A stretch of DNA of 64,000 nt from Cyclobacteriaceae bacterium (GCA_965212195.1 CBDBUW010000012.1:193566-257565); one strand, 5' to 3'. Positions 1-9,601 are shown, numbered from the stretch's first letter. Made by a program: numbers and translations. Notes: a model not told the origin generated them from the letters alone.

Positions 1-62
1 CGCAACTTAGGGGTCAAGGATTTGTTCGACCTCCTCTAAAATAATCCTAACTAACTCCTGTT

Positions 63-1295
63 TCAGGCCTTATCTAATTTCCGTAATTGCTGCAATAGGT
101 CCCGCGGCTGCGTTTTCGGCTCAATACCGTAGTGCTCCTGTAAAACCCAGGCAGCTGCTTCAGTTACTTCTACCTGAGGATAAAAATGATCCCGGGCATA
201 GTGGGCATATTTGAAGGCAAAGAAACCATTGCACCATTGAAAGAAGCGCTTTTGAAAGCTTTTTAGATTACGGGTATTTGCTCTGATCTCACTTACCTTT
301 TCCAAGTACCGTTCTTTGCCTATGAAACCCTGTATGGAGGAAGGAAGCTGATCCCAAAGGTGATAAATTTCACCTGAAATCATATCAGGTAATTTGTAGA
401 TAAAGCGCTTCAAATCACTAAAAATCAATGGATTATAAGTGTCTAGGGTAGGCATAGGGTTATTGAGCCAGGAGGAAATAGCTTTGCCGGTTCCAAACGG
501 TACCCGGTTGGAAGCCCGGGGGGAGGGGATTACCCTGGTGGATTTCAATTCACTGAAATTACCCAGCAAAAATATGTCCTGGAGGAAATAAAAGTCCTCT
601 CCGGCCTTCCTTTTGTTCATGCCTCCTTGTTTTTGATAGGCACTGCTGCGAACTGCCATAGATGAACCTACGGTTTGAAAGGCAAAGGGGTGACCGGCAT
701 ATCGCAAAGCATGCGTATAATATCTTAGATGTAATTCGTAGAGTAGAATACCCAGGTAAACGGAAGGCTCAAGGGGCCCTTCCAGTGGATGCTCATAATA
801 AATGGAGCAACCTGGAGATTTTGGGTGCTGTTTGAAATGTGATTCTAGGGCTATAAGGTAGTTTGGATCCACCAAGCAATCAGCGTCTAAACAAATCAAA
901 ACGCCCGCATTACCGGGTTTATTAAAGCGTCGTACTGCTTCGTCCATGCCAACTTTACGGGCTAGTCCTACTCCTGCATGCTTTGCGGGTAAAGTTTCAT
1001 AAAGGATCTGATAGTGCAATGGAGACTGCACTTGGTTTACCCAAGATTGCGCTTGGACCAAAGTATTCTGGTTTTGAGCTTTGACGTCATCATGGTCCTT
1101 ATCGCTGTCATTAATAACCACAATTACTTCTACCGGGCCGCTTGGTGGAGTGCAGTGATGCAGTGATTCCAAAGTTTCAAGTAATTGGGGTTCATGGTAA
1201 CATGGAATAATCACTGCCATTTCCAGGTTATTGGGAGGAGGGTCGGCAATTAATTGTTTAGGGTAAGCATATCGCTGTAAATAGAGGCTTTTCAT
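63..1295 (-). CDS. glycosyltransferase family 2 (GT-A fold) protein
   Basis: 410-aa ORF. It has the AVIIPCYHEP N-terminal strand and a LICLDADC DxD-type motif typical of GT2. Its start lies 1 nt downstream of the pdxH stop, so the two are probably co-transcribed. Confidence 0.7.
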   Translation of the reverse strand: MKSLYLQRYAYPKQLIADPPPNNLEMAVIIPCYHEPQLLETLESLHHCTPPSGPVEVIVVINDSDKDHDDVKAQNQNTLVQAQSWVNQVQSPLHYQILYETLPAKHAGVGLARKVGMDEAVRRFNKPGNAGVLICLDADCLVDPNYLIALESHFKQHPKSPGCSIYYEHPLEGPLEPSVYLGILLYELHLRYYTHALRYAGHPFAFQTVGSSMAVRSSAYQKQGGMNKRKAGEDFYFLQDIFLLGNFSELKSTRVIPSPRASNRVPFGTGKAISSWLNNPMPTLDTYNPLIFSDLKRFIYKLPDMISGEIYHLWDQLPSSIQGFIGKERYLEKVSEIRANTRNLKSFQKRFFQWCNGFFAFKYAHYARDHFYPQVEVTEAAAWVLQEHYGIEPKTQPRDLLQQLRKLDKA

Positions 1296-1296
1296 C

Positions 1297-1941
1297 TCAA
1301 GGTGCTAACCTTGCTAGAGACCATCCATTGTCGGTAAGTTGATAACGCAATCGGTCGTGTAATCGATTTTCACGACCTTGCCAAAACTCTATTTGTTGAG
1401 ATATCAGTATGTACCCCCCCCAGTAAGCGGGACGGGGGACGTCCTGGTCCTCGAACTTGGCCTCATACTCAGCTAGCTTTTGCTTCAGGAAATCTCGGTC
1501 GGGTATTTCTTCGCTTTGAGGAGATACCCAAGCCCCAATTTGACTACCCCGAGGCCGGGTTTTAAAATAGCTATCGGATTGCTCAGCTGATATCTGTTCT
1601 ACTAACCCATCCAAACGCACTTGCCTTTCCAGGGGCTGCCAGAAAAAATTGAGCCCCGCTTGAGGATGGAGGGCTAATTCTTGGCCCTTTCTGCTTTGAT
1701 AATTGGTGAAAAAAACCACTCCGAGATTCGTTACTTCTTTAAGCAAAACCACTCGGATACTGGGCTGGCCGGACTCTCCTACGGTTGCCAAGGACATGGT
1801 ATTAGGTTCTGGCACTTGCCGATCTACAGCCTCCTGAAACCAATTTTGAAGTTGGACCAAAGGATCTGCATGCATATCCGCTTTCCTCAAAGAGTGCACT
1901 CCATACTCCTGGCGTAAATGTTCCAATCGCTCCTTAGACAT
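1297..1941 (-). CDS. pdxH: pyridoxamine 5-prime-phosphate oxidase
   Basis: 214 aa, collinear with PdxH. It has the RVVLLKE segment and the diagnostic C-terminal IEFWQGRENRLHDRLRY motif. Confidence 0.9.
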   Translation of the reverse strand: MSKERLEHLRQEYGVHSLRKADMHADPLVQLQNWFQEAVDRQVPEPNTMSLATVGESGQPSIRVVLLKEVTNLGVVFFTNYQSRKGQELALHPQAGLNFFWQPLERQVRLDGLVEQISAEQSDSYFKTRPRGSQIGAWVSPQSEEIPDRDFLKQKLAEYEAKFEDQDVPRPAYWGGYILISQQIEFWQGRENRLHDRLRYQLTDNGWSLARLAP

Positions 1942-2124
1942 AACTGGGATTGACTTTAAGAATCAGTAATTGAGCATAAACAATAACTAATTCACGGTAT
2001 ATTTCGTCTATATGTTTAGGTGTGTGATCTAGTTTCTAAATATAATCTTTTTAATTAATATTACGAGGTACTGATACCTGTCCCCACGGTATCCATGCAA
2101 CACTTAACCACTACCTCCTAAATA

Positions 2125-2709
2125 ATGAAATTAAGTATTGAGCTAGCATGCACCAGCAGTCCGCAATGGGTGGCTAAGGTAATGGCTGATTTTGACGCCT
2201 TCTTACAGGACCATGCCAATTGTGAAAGAAAAGCTTCGGCTATGGCTATGAGTTTTGTGGCCAAGTTTCCGGACCGAGTAGAAATAATTCCGGAACTGAT
2301 TGAAACTGCTATCGAAGAACTGGAACATTTTCAGTCCGTTTATGAGATAATGGAGGGCAGGGGTGTACAGCTGCCTGCTCAAATGGGAAAGGACCATTAT
2401 GTGCAGCAGTTAGTGAATGAGTGTAGGTCGGGCCGGGAGGAACGCTTTCTGGACCGGTTACTGTTGGCTTCAATAGTAGAATGCCGTGGCGCAGAACGCT
2501 TTAGATTAGTTTATGAAAACCTTCAGGAACCAGATTTAAAGCAGTTTTATCATCAGTTGTGGGCGTCTGAAGCAAAGCACGGTAATATCTTTGTGAAGAT
2601 GGCACTAAATTATTTTGAAGAAAATATTGTTTATAAAAGACTGGATGAATTAAATGAGATCGAAGCTCGAGTATTGCAGTCATTACCACTAAAGCCAGCA
2701 TTACATTGA
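2125..2709 (+). CDS. miaE: tRNA-(ms2io6A37)-hydroxylase-like ferritin-fold diiron protein
   Basis: 194 aa helical protein with two E-x-x-H diiron motifs (EELEHF, SEAKH). Length and layout match MiaE. Confidence 0.7.
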   Translation: MKLSIELACTSSPQWVAKVMADFDAFLQDHANCERKASAMAMSFVAKFPDRVEIIPELIETAIEELEHFQSVYEIMEGRGVQLPAQMGKDHYVQQLVNECRSGREERFLDRLLLASIVECRGAERFRLVYENLQEPDLKQFYHQLWASEAKHGNIFVKMALNYFEENIVYKRLDELNEIEARVLQSLPLKPALH

Positions 2710-2723
2710 AGAACCTGGAAGAC

Positions 2724-3305
2724 ATGACCAATTATTTTCATGACGGTGTGAGTATCACTCCTAAAAAAGGAGATCTATTGATTTCCGAACCGTTTTTACC
2801 CGATCCCAATTTTGAAAGGACGGTAGTACTGCTTTGCGAAAATAATGAAGATGGAACTATAGGATTTATTCTCAACAAACCATCGATGGTGAATCTAGGC
2901 GATGTTTTCGAAGATCTAAGTCATTTTGATAAAAAGGTGTTGGTAGGTGGGCCGGTACAGCAAGACAGCATGCATTTTCTGCACAAAGACGTAGTCAACC
3001 TGGAAGGAGGTTCCAAAATTTCTGAAGGAATATATTGGGGAGGCAATTTCGAGCAGATGAAAGTATTGATCCAGAATAACGATATTAGGTCCCAGGATGT
3101 TTTATATTTTCTGGGGTATTCGGGGTGGGCTCCCGGTCAGTTGGACCAGGAACTCAAAGAGAACTCTTGGATCGTTTCCCCCCAAGCTACAGTTAGGCAG
3201 GTTTTCGATTTGGACCCTGAATTAATATGGCGAGAGGTTTTAAAGAATATGGGAGGTAAGTATAGGATGTTTTCAAATTATCCTACCGATCCCAGATTAA
3301 ATTAA
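2724..3305 (+). CDS. YqgE/AlgH family (UPF0301) protein
   Basis: It has the LLISEPFLPDPNFERTVVLLCENNEDGTIGFILNKP signature of the family. The ORF track starts at TTG 2706, overlapping the miaE stop. The first ATG is at 2724. Confidence 0.8.
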   Translation: MTNYFHDGVSITPKKGDLLISEPFLPDPNFERTVVLLCENNEDGTIGFILNKPSMVNLGDVFEDLSHFDKKVLVGGPVQQDSMHFLHKDVVNLEGGSKISEGIYWGGNFEQMKVLIQNNDIRSQDVLYFLGYSGWAPGQLDQELKENSWIVSPQATVRQVFDLDPELIWREVLKNMGGKYRMFSNYPTDPRLN

Positions 3306-3354
3306 ATCCTTTGGTTATATTTGATTATAGTGGAGCATTGGCTCCATTTGAAAT

Positions 3355-5934
3355 ATGTCAAAAAAAGAAGAAATATCTAAAGCACTTGATGCCAACTCCG
3401 ACAACGTCCCCGAGTCGCAAGGCCCTTCAGCGGCTGAGCAGAAAGGCTTAAACGGTCATAGCGATGAATCCTCTGTTGAGGCTTCCTCGCCCCAGGAAGA
3501 GGAAAAGTCTGTCCCTTCGTCACCTTCTTCAGAACGGGACCAATCTGGCCCCACGGATCAAATCAATCAAGAACAACCTGAATTAAATGATGAAACTGAG
3601 GAAAAGCCGCAGGAGCAAACTCCAAAACCGGCCCAAAATCAATCGTCCTCGCCGCAAGAGAATTTGGAGAATGAGCACCTGGAAGCGTCTTCAAAGGAGG
3701 TTCCCCCGGATCCGCCGGAGGCTGTTGCCCAAGAGCCCCCTGCGGAGCCGGACCATGAAGGTGAAGTTACGGAAGCCGCTGCGGCTGAAACTACTCCGGG
3801 TGAAGAATTAACTCAGCCCGCCGAAGGAGATAGCCCACCCCAAGAAAAAGTGGAAGCTGTAGCCGAATCAGCGGAACCTCCTGCTGAGCAGGAACCTGCA
3901 GCTGAAAGTGAGGGTGAAGTTACGGAAGCCGCTGCCGCTGAAACTGCTCCGGGTGAAGAATTAACTCAGCCCGCCGAAGGAGATAGCCCACCCCAAGAAA
4001 AAGCGGAAGCTGTAGCCGAATCAGCGGAACCTCCTGCTAAGCAAGAACCTACAGCTGAAGGTGAGGGTGAAGTTGAGGAAACCGCCGCCGCTGAAACTGC
4101 TCCGGATGAGAAACGGGCTCATCCCGCCGAAAGTGATACACAACCCGAAGAAAAAACAGAGTCTGTAGCTGAAACCACAGAACCTCCTGCTGAGCAGGTG
4201 CCTTCTCAAGTTGCTATATGGGAGTCCACCGATTTCAGTGTCCTAGATAAATCCGGGCTGGTGGCACTAATTGAAGAAATGGCCAAGGCCGATGACCCCA
4301 TAGGGGCAGAAAGAGTCTCTAAGAAAGTGCGTCCATTCTTCATTAATATACAAAAGGACCAGCGCCAACAAGCTTTAGACCAATTTACCGCAGAGGGAAA
4401 TGATGCCGACGGCTTCGCCTATCGTTTTGACGAACTGGACAATCGCTTTGATGCCGCCTTTAAGCTACTGCGTGACCGTAAGTTTCAGCGTATCAGAGAG
4501 AAGGAGCATGATAAAGAGCGTAATCTCCAGGAAAAAACACAGCTCCTGGAGGAGTTGCGAGCCCTGGTCGAAGCCGAAGAAACCAATTCTAGCATTAACG
4601 CCCTGAAGAAGATCCAGGACCGATGGAGAAGTTTGGGACCGGTACCGGGGCAGCATGCCAAAACCATGTGGGCCAACTACCATGCGCTGCTGGATCTGTA
4701 TTACGACCACAGAAGCATTTACTTTGAGCTCAAAGAGCTGGACCGGAAGAAAAATCTGGAGGCTAAGCTGGAACTGTGCGAGCGTGCTGAGAAGCTGGAA
4801 GAGCAGAAAAATCTCAAAGAAGCCATTAGTGAACTCAATGAGTTACATGATGAGTTTAAGCATATCGGGCCCGTGCCTAAAAGTGAGCAAGAAGCTTTGT
4901 GGCTGCGATTCAAAGGAGCCAGTGATAAAATATATGCCCGTCGCAAGGAGTTTGTCAAACACCTGAAGGAGGACCTCAAGGAGAACCTTATAAAGAAATC
5001 GGAACTGGCAGAGGAGGTGCAACAGTACGCGGACTTTAATTCCGACCGTATTACCGAGTGGAATAAAAAAACTCAAGCCTTGCTGGGACTGCAAAAGCGT
5101 TGGGACGCCATTGGTGGTTTGCCCAGAGATAAAGCCAAGGAAGTGAACCGGAAGTTCTGGGGGGCTTTCAAAGGATTCTTCCAACATAAGGGGCAGTTTT
5201 TCAAAAAACTGGAAGGAGAACGGGGCAGCAACCTGGAAAAGAAACAGGCCTTAGTGGAGGAAGCGCAAGGATTAAAAGACAGCACGGAATGGGACCAAAC
5301 CGCCAATAAACTTAAAAACCTGCAAAAACAATGGCGTGAGATCGGCCCGGTGCCAGAAAAAAATCGCAACGAGATCTATGCGCATTTTAAAGAAGCCTGT
5401 GACCATTTCTTCAACAATAGGAGGGCTCAAAGCCAGGAAGTAGAAAAGGAGTATGTAGCCAACCTGAAAAAGAAACAGGATATTTGCATCCAAATAGAAA
5501 GCATGACCTCCTCCAAGGACTATGATCTGGATAAGTTTGCCACCTTAAAAGATCAGTTCAATGCCATTGGGTATGTACCTTCCTCTGAAGTGCGTAACAT
5601 TCGTGCGCAATTCAGGACTACCGTGAAGGACTATTTGGCAGGAGCGCCTGAAGAACTGCAAGCTGAGGCGCAACAGATCAAGTATGATATTGAGTTTGAA
5701 AAATTAAAGAGCGGCCCCAATGCCGGTCGTAAAAAGGGCCAGAAAGAACAAGCACTACGGCGAGACATCGGGACCCTAGAAAATGATATTTCCACCTGGA
5801 AAAACAACCTGGAATTTTTTGCTGCTTCCAAAACTGCGGATAAACTACGGGAAGAATTTACCGGTAAAATCGATGCCGCCAGTGATCAGTTGAGAGAGCT
5901 GAAGAGGCAATTGAGGGCCTTGAGGCAGCTTTAG
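3355..5934 (+). CDS. DUF349 domain-containing protein with acidic Pro/Glu-rich repetitive N-terminus
   Basis: 859 aa. The C-terminal two thirds hold about five DUF349-type helical repeats (RWRSLGPVPGQHAKTMW, EFKHIGPVPKSEQEALW, RWDAIGGLPRDKAKEV, QWREIGPVPEKNRNEIY, QFNAIGYVPSSEV). The N-terminal 280 aa are low-complexity E/P/A/Q. Confidence 0.85.
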   Translation: MSKKEEISKALDANSDNVPESQGPSAAEQKGLNGHSDESSVEASSPQEEEKSVPSSPSSERDQSGPTDQINQEQPELNDETEEKPQEQTPKPAQNQSSSPQENLENEHLEASSKEVPPDPPEAVAQEPPAEPDHEGEVTEAAAAETTPGEELTQPAEGDSPPQEKVEAVAESAEPPAEQEPAAESEGEVTEAAAAETAPGEELTQPAEGDSPPQEKAEAVAESAEPPAKQEPTAEGEGEVEETAAAETAPDEKRAHPAESDTQPEEKTESVAETTEPPAEQVPSQVAIWESTDFSVLDKSGLVALIEEMAKADDPIGAERVSKKVRPFFINIQKDQRQQALDQFTAEGNDADGFAYRFDELDNRFDAAFKLLRDRKFQRIREKEHDKERNLQEKTQLLEELRALVEAEETNSSINALKKIQDRWRSLGPVPGQHAKTMWANYHALLDLYYDHRSIYFELKELDRKKNLEAKLELCERAEKLEEQKNLKEAISELNELHDEFKHIGPVPKSEQEALWLRFKGASDKIYARRKEFVKHLKEDLKENLIKKSELAEEVQQYADFNSDRITEWNKKTQALLGLQKRWDAIGGLPRDKAKEVNRKFWGAFKGFFQHKGQFFKKLEGERGSNLEKKQALVEEAQGLKDSTEWDQTANKLKNLQKQWREIGPVPEKNRNEIYAHFKEACDHFFNNRRAQSQEVEKEYVANLKKKQDICIQIESMTSSKDYDLDKFATLKDQFNAIGYVPSSEVRNIRAQFRTTVKDYLAGAPEELQAEAQQIKYDIEFEKLKSGPNAGRKKGQKEQALRRDIGTLENDISTWKNNLEFFAASKTADKLREEFTGKIDAASDQLRELKRQLRALRQL
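3757..4200 (+). repeat. three in-frame tandem copies of a 153-bp (51-codon) unit inside the DUF349 gene
   Basis: Unit starts are at 3757, 3910 and 4063 (GARGGTGAAGTT...). Copies 1 and 2 differ at 8 of 153 positions by my count. Copy 3 is clearly more diverged. Confidence 0.9.
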
Positions 5935-5997
5935 AAATTCGCAATTCACAATTGGCATTCGAAATTCACAATTCGCAGTGGGCAATGAGCAATTAGC
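5935..5997 (+). repeat. degenerate heptanucleotide array (GCAATTC / ACAATTC / GCAGTGG / GCAATTA units)
   Basis: Nine consecutive units of about 7 nt begin 1 nt after the DUF349 stop codon. They read aaattcg caattca caattgg cattcg aaattca caattcg cagtggg caatgag caattag. Confidence 0.7.
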
Positions 5998-6187
5998 TTT
6001 CTACCTTTGCTCCAATCGTGCTGCTTTTAATAAGTTGCCGTGATATCACATAATGGTTTTTGTTATTTAGCTCTTTCCAGAGTTACTATCATTAAGGCAA
6101 ACTGATAGCTTTTTTTCTGAATAAGGTTGTCATTTGTCATTTTGACAATTTACCCAGAACAAGTATCAGTTTCTGCAAGCAAGTCAA

Positions 6188-6222
6188 GAATTGCCCACGG
6201 CCCACTGCTAATTGCCCAACTG
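6188..6222 (-). repeat. inverted partner of the heptanucleotide array
   Basis: The minus strand reads CAGTTGG GCAATTA GCAGTGG GCCGTGG GCAATTC. It shares exact 9-mers GCAGTGGGC and GCAATTAGC with 5975-5997 and spans the stop codon of the 6208-6882 gene. Confidence 0.65.
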
Positions 6223-6882
6223 ATCTAATTCTTCCAACTTCAATAACTCCACAAATTTCCAGGTCTGTTCCGGGGTGAGATGATTAGCGGTAATAGCAAT
6301 CATAAAACGCTCGTTATGGATAAAATTTAATGTGGTCTTACCGGTCTTCTTCTCGAATTTTTGCTGTGCCCGTATACCCTTTACCACCACCACTTTTTGC
6401 TCTTCACGTTCATCATTTTTTTCAAAGTTCATGGAAGTCATCATGCTCATGGAGGCCATCATCTGAGATCCGTAGGGGCCGGCACCGTCCATTACCTCTA
6501 CTAGGAGGCTTTTGTTTTTGGTGTTGATAACGTCACTTCTACCATCCGGGCTTATGAACTCCGGCTGATCAGGGGTAATATACTTAGCCTGTAAAGCAGT
6601 CACCTGGGGGATAGCTCCATTTGCCTGCTCCAAATGGACCCTTTCCAGATTCTTTAGGGTTGGTGGAAACCAGGATTTAAGTTGCTCAGGGGTTAAAGGC
6701 TGCAAGTTATTTAAACTTGACCCTGGATTTTGCATATTTTGCATATTCTGGATCATGGCGTTGACATCCTTTTGGCTGGGAGGGGCGTCCTTATCCTGAG
6801 CCTGGCAACAGAAAGTGATGATCCAAAACAAGAAGATAGCGAGAAAAAAACCAGGAGAGTGGGCGTGAATAAAGTTTTTCAT
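6208..6882 (-). CDS. hypothetical secreted protein
   Basis: 224-aa ORF with an N-terminal hydrophobic leader (FFLAIFLFWIITFCCQAQ). It contains Met/Gln-rich stretches. No family recognised. Confidence 0.55.
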   Translation of the reverse strand: MKNFIHAHSPGFFLAIFLFWIITFCCQAQDKDAPPSQKDVNAMIQNMQNMQNPGSSLNNLQPLTPEQLKSWFPPTLKNLERVHLEQANGAIPQVTALQAKYITPDQPEFISPDGRSDVINTKNKSLLVEVMDGAGPYGSQMMASMSMMTSMNFEKNDEREEQKVVVVKGIRAQQKFEKKTGKTTLNFIHNERFMIAITANHLTPEQTWKFVELLKLEELDQLGN

Positions 6883-7086
6883 TTTGATGTATTTGCTGAA
6901 TGTTTAACCAGAGGACCATCCATTATCATAGACAATCCTACCTTTATGAACTATTAATATGAAAAGTAAACCCGGGTAAAGGATTTTTTTAGTCTCGTGT
7001 AGAAAATCAGCGTCCAGCATGATTTTTACGGGGGTTTATTTGTATAAACCTGTATAAGTTATACTCCTACTAATCTCATTATACTT

Positions 7087-7521
7087 ATGATAGCAGGAGA
7101 TATTTGTATCAGGGAAACCGCCATTACTACTCCCGAGGAGACTGCTTTGGCCGCAGCTCAACGTATGCAGGAGTTTAATGTAGGTTGTTTGGTGGTAGTG
7201 GAACACCGGGATGAAGGTAATAAGCCTGTGGGCATTATTACCGACCGGGATCTGGCCTTAAATGTAACTGCTCAGGATGGTCAACCCTCCGTTATTGCGG
7301 TCGGCAATGTGATGAGCAGTTCTTTGTTTACTGTAAAGGAAACAGAAAAGATCTATGATATTCTGCAGAAAATGCGCTATCACGGCATACGCCGGGTTCC
7401 GGTGGTCAACCATATAGGTCTTCTAATCGGAATCCTGACTGCTGATGATATTCTAGAAGTGCTGCACAGGCAGATTTCCCAAATTATTGGCGTGATCCAA
7501 AAAGAACAACCAAGTATATAA
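7087..7521 (+). CDS. CBS domain pair protein
   Basis: 144 aa with two CBS-type modules (VGIITDRDLALNV and LIGILTADDILEVL). Confidence 0.8.
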   Translation: MIAGDICIRETAITTPEETALAAAQRMQEFNVGCLVVVEHRDEGNKPVGIITDRDLALNVTAQDGQPSVIAVGNVMSSSLFTVKETEKIYDILQKMRYHGIRRVPVVNHIGLLIGILTADDILEVLHRQISQIIGVIQKEQPSI

Positions 7522-7548
7522 AAAGGGAATGCTTATTAACATCCCCTT
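7518..7548 (-). terminator. probable intrinsic terminator downstream of the sigma factor gene (possibly bidirectional)
   Basis: The minus strand reads AAGGGGATG-TTAATAAG-CATTCCCTT followed by TTTTATATA. This is a 9-bp stem with one mismatch. It lies between the convergent genes and overlaps the CBS gene stop. Confidence 0.45.
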
Positions 7549-7573
7549 CTTATACTCGAATATATAATATCTA

Positions 7574-8443
7574 CTATGCCGCTAGATATGGAATAAGCAA
7601 ACTCTTGCCCGGGTGTTGCATTAGCTTCTCCAGGGCCCGGTCTTTTAATTGACGCACGCGTTCTCGAGAGACTCCCAATTTAATACCGATATCTTGCAGG
7701 GACCAGGGATGTTCTTGCGATATACCAAAGTACAACTCTATGATCTCCTGTTCTCTAGGCTCTAATGTAGAAAGTAAACGTTTAATATCCGCCCAAAGGG
7801 AATCTCTATGTGCAAGTTCTTCATCGGCTTGAGTTGCATTGGTGTTATCCAATACATCCAATAACGAACCCAGTTCCCCTTCTTTAAAGGGTTTATCTAC
7901 CGATGAAAATTTATAGATATGATCTTTGATGTTCTTAACATCATCAGCAGTTCGTTCCGTCAATTCAGCTAATTCCTCTTCGGTTGCCGGGCGCTCGTTA
8001 TGTTGCTCCCATACTTCGTCAACTTTTCTTAGTTTGGATAATGCTCCAATTTTATTAGCTGGCAAACGGATAAACCGTGAATAGCGATCAATATGCTGTA
8101 GGATGGATTGCTGGATCCACCAAACCGCGTAAGAAATAAACTTAAACCCTTTGGTTTCGTCAAAACGATGGGCAGCTTTGATCAAACCGAGGTTACCCTC
8201 ATTGATCAGATCACTGAGGGGTATTCCGGATCGATGATATTGCTTGGCTACTGATATTACGAACCTTAAATTTCCCAGTACCAGCTTTTCCAATGCTTGT
8301 TTATTACCTTCACGGATCTTTCTGGCTAAAATCACCTCTTCTTCCGGGGTGATCATCTTGATTTTGGATACTTCGTTGAAGTATTTGTCCAAATTTTTGC
8401 TATCTCGTTTGGTGATAGCTTGTAGTATTTTTACTTGTCTCAA
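7574..8443 (-). CDS. RNA polymerase sigma factor, RpoD/SigA (sigma-70) family
   Basis: 289 aa. Region 2 reads LINEGNLGLIKAAHRFDETKGFKFISYAVWWIQQSI and region 4 reads LQDIGIKLGVSRERVRQLKDRALEKL. The N-terminus MRQVKI matches the usual Bacteroidota RpoD start, which places initiation on the TTG at 8443-8441. Confidence 0.9.
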   Translation of the reverse strand: MRQVKILQAITKRDSKNLDKYFNEVSKIKMITPEEEVILARKIREGNKQALEKLVLGNLRFVISVAKQYHRSGIPLSDLINEGNLGLIKAAHRFDETKGFKFISYAVWWIQQSILQHIDRYSRFIRLPANKIGALSKLRKVDEVWEQHNERPATEEELAELTERTADDVKNIKDHIYKFSSVDKPFKEGELGSLLDVLDNTNATQADEELAHRDSLWADIKRLLSTLEPREQEIIELYFGISQEHPWSLQDIGIKLGVSRERVRQLKDRALEKLMQHPGKSLLIPYLAA

Positions 8444-8787
8444 TTTCTATTGTCTAAATTTATTGTATTAGTAATTCCATTTATTATTATTCGTAGGATA
8501 TTGAATCTTCCAAATGTGCCTACCCTGACTGACTACCGGGTTAAGTAGGGGCGACAGGCGTATAATTTCCTGTATCTTTAAAGATTAGCAATACGGGCAA
8601 TCACATTCTCCACGCAGTTCTTTCGCACACTTTTCAAATACACAAATCAGTTTAAAACTGAATGATTTAATATATCTTACTGTATATAATACGAGAAAAT
8701 ACCTCTTTAAAGTTCCCGCAAATCAGTTAAAAATACATATGTTAATCCATTAAAAATGAGATATATAAAGCAATTGCTAAGCTTGAT

Positions 8788-9219
8788 TTAATTTTCCTCT
8801 TCATCCATGATCATCTCAATGGATTGACCATCGGTCTCTAAATTACTTACCAAGCTGTCGATTCTAATTCTGAGCGCATCCCATTCTTCACAACAAGAAG
8901 CCTTTAGTTCCTCTATGGTAGTAAGTAATTGTGACCTTTGTTGCTTCAGACTATCAACGCGTTTCTGGATTCTTTGCACACTGGAATAATGTCCGGATCT
9001 GGTAAGTATTCTGTCAATATTGTGTTCCAGATTCTCGATCCTTGAATTCAAATCTAGTAAATACTTCTCTTGTTCAGCGTCCAAATAATCAGTGGTAGCC
9101 TCTTCGGCCTCCTCAAAGGCTTGCTCCATTTTGTCTCTGGCCTGTTCTTCCTTGGATTGAACATTGCAACTTATTAATACTATGAACCCCAGTAGAATGA
9201 GCATTGATATAGTTTTCAT
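8788..9219 (-). CDS. hypothetical lipoprotein/secreted coiled-coil protein
   Basis: 143 aa with a leader ending in the lipobox-like LISC. The remainder is acidic and heptad-rich. No family recognised. Confidence 0.5.
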   Translation of the reverse strand: MKTISMLILLGFIVLISCNVQSKEEQARDKMEQAFEEAEEATTDYLDAEQEKYLLDLNSRIENLEHNIDRILTRSGHYSSVQRIQKRVDSLKQQRSQLLTTIEELKASCCEEWDALRIRIDSLVSNLETDGQSIEMIMDEEEN

Positions 9220-9484
9220 AATTTTTGATTTATGGTTCGGCCCATATTGGCACTAATACAAAATTATCAACAGTTTAGTATTTAGTAAATGATGGCTGAA
9301 GCCTTGAACGGTGATTTGTGTTAATATGTATCAGCAAGAAGGCACTTGTGAAGGGATTTGCTGGGCATCAACAGCGATGAGCAAATAATAAGGAGCTCCC
9401 GCGCTTCAAACTCGTGACACCCTGAGCTCGATAGAGTTTGAATTAATTGAAGTGTTAATAGTGATGAACAATTAGGATTAGAGC

Positions 9485-9527
9485 AAAAAAAAGGACAGCT
9501 CTCGCGCTTCACGCCCGGGCTGTCCTT
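9485..9527 (-). terminator. rho-independent terminator of tRNA-Thr
   Basis: The minus strand reads AAGGACAGC-(19 nt loop)-GCTGTCCTT followed by a T run (8 T in total). It starts 2 nt after the tRNA 3-prime end. Confidence 0.7.
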
Positions 9528-9528
9528 G

Positions 9529-9601
<73 letters not shown>

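Noticed and set aside
3587-3811. 74-aa Arg/Lys-rich ORF in an alternative frame of the DUF349 N-terminus
   Set aside because: It is the +1-frame reading of GAA/GAG/CCG-rich acidic repeats, which automatically yields K/R/P-rich peptides. There is no independent support.
6086-6116. Candidate terminator CTATCA-(11 nt)-TGATAG followed by CTTTTTTT, downstream of the DUF349 gene
   Set aside because: The 6-bp AT-rich stem is too weak to call. The T run alone is not sufficient.
9321-9512. 63-aa ORF adjacent to tRNA-Thr
   Set aside because: It overlaps the tRNA terminator hairpin. It is Cys/Ser-rich with no motif. The short similarity AGCTCYCGCGCTTCA (9403 and 9497) looks like a repeated hairpin-loop fragment rather than coding sequence.
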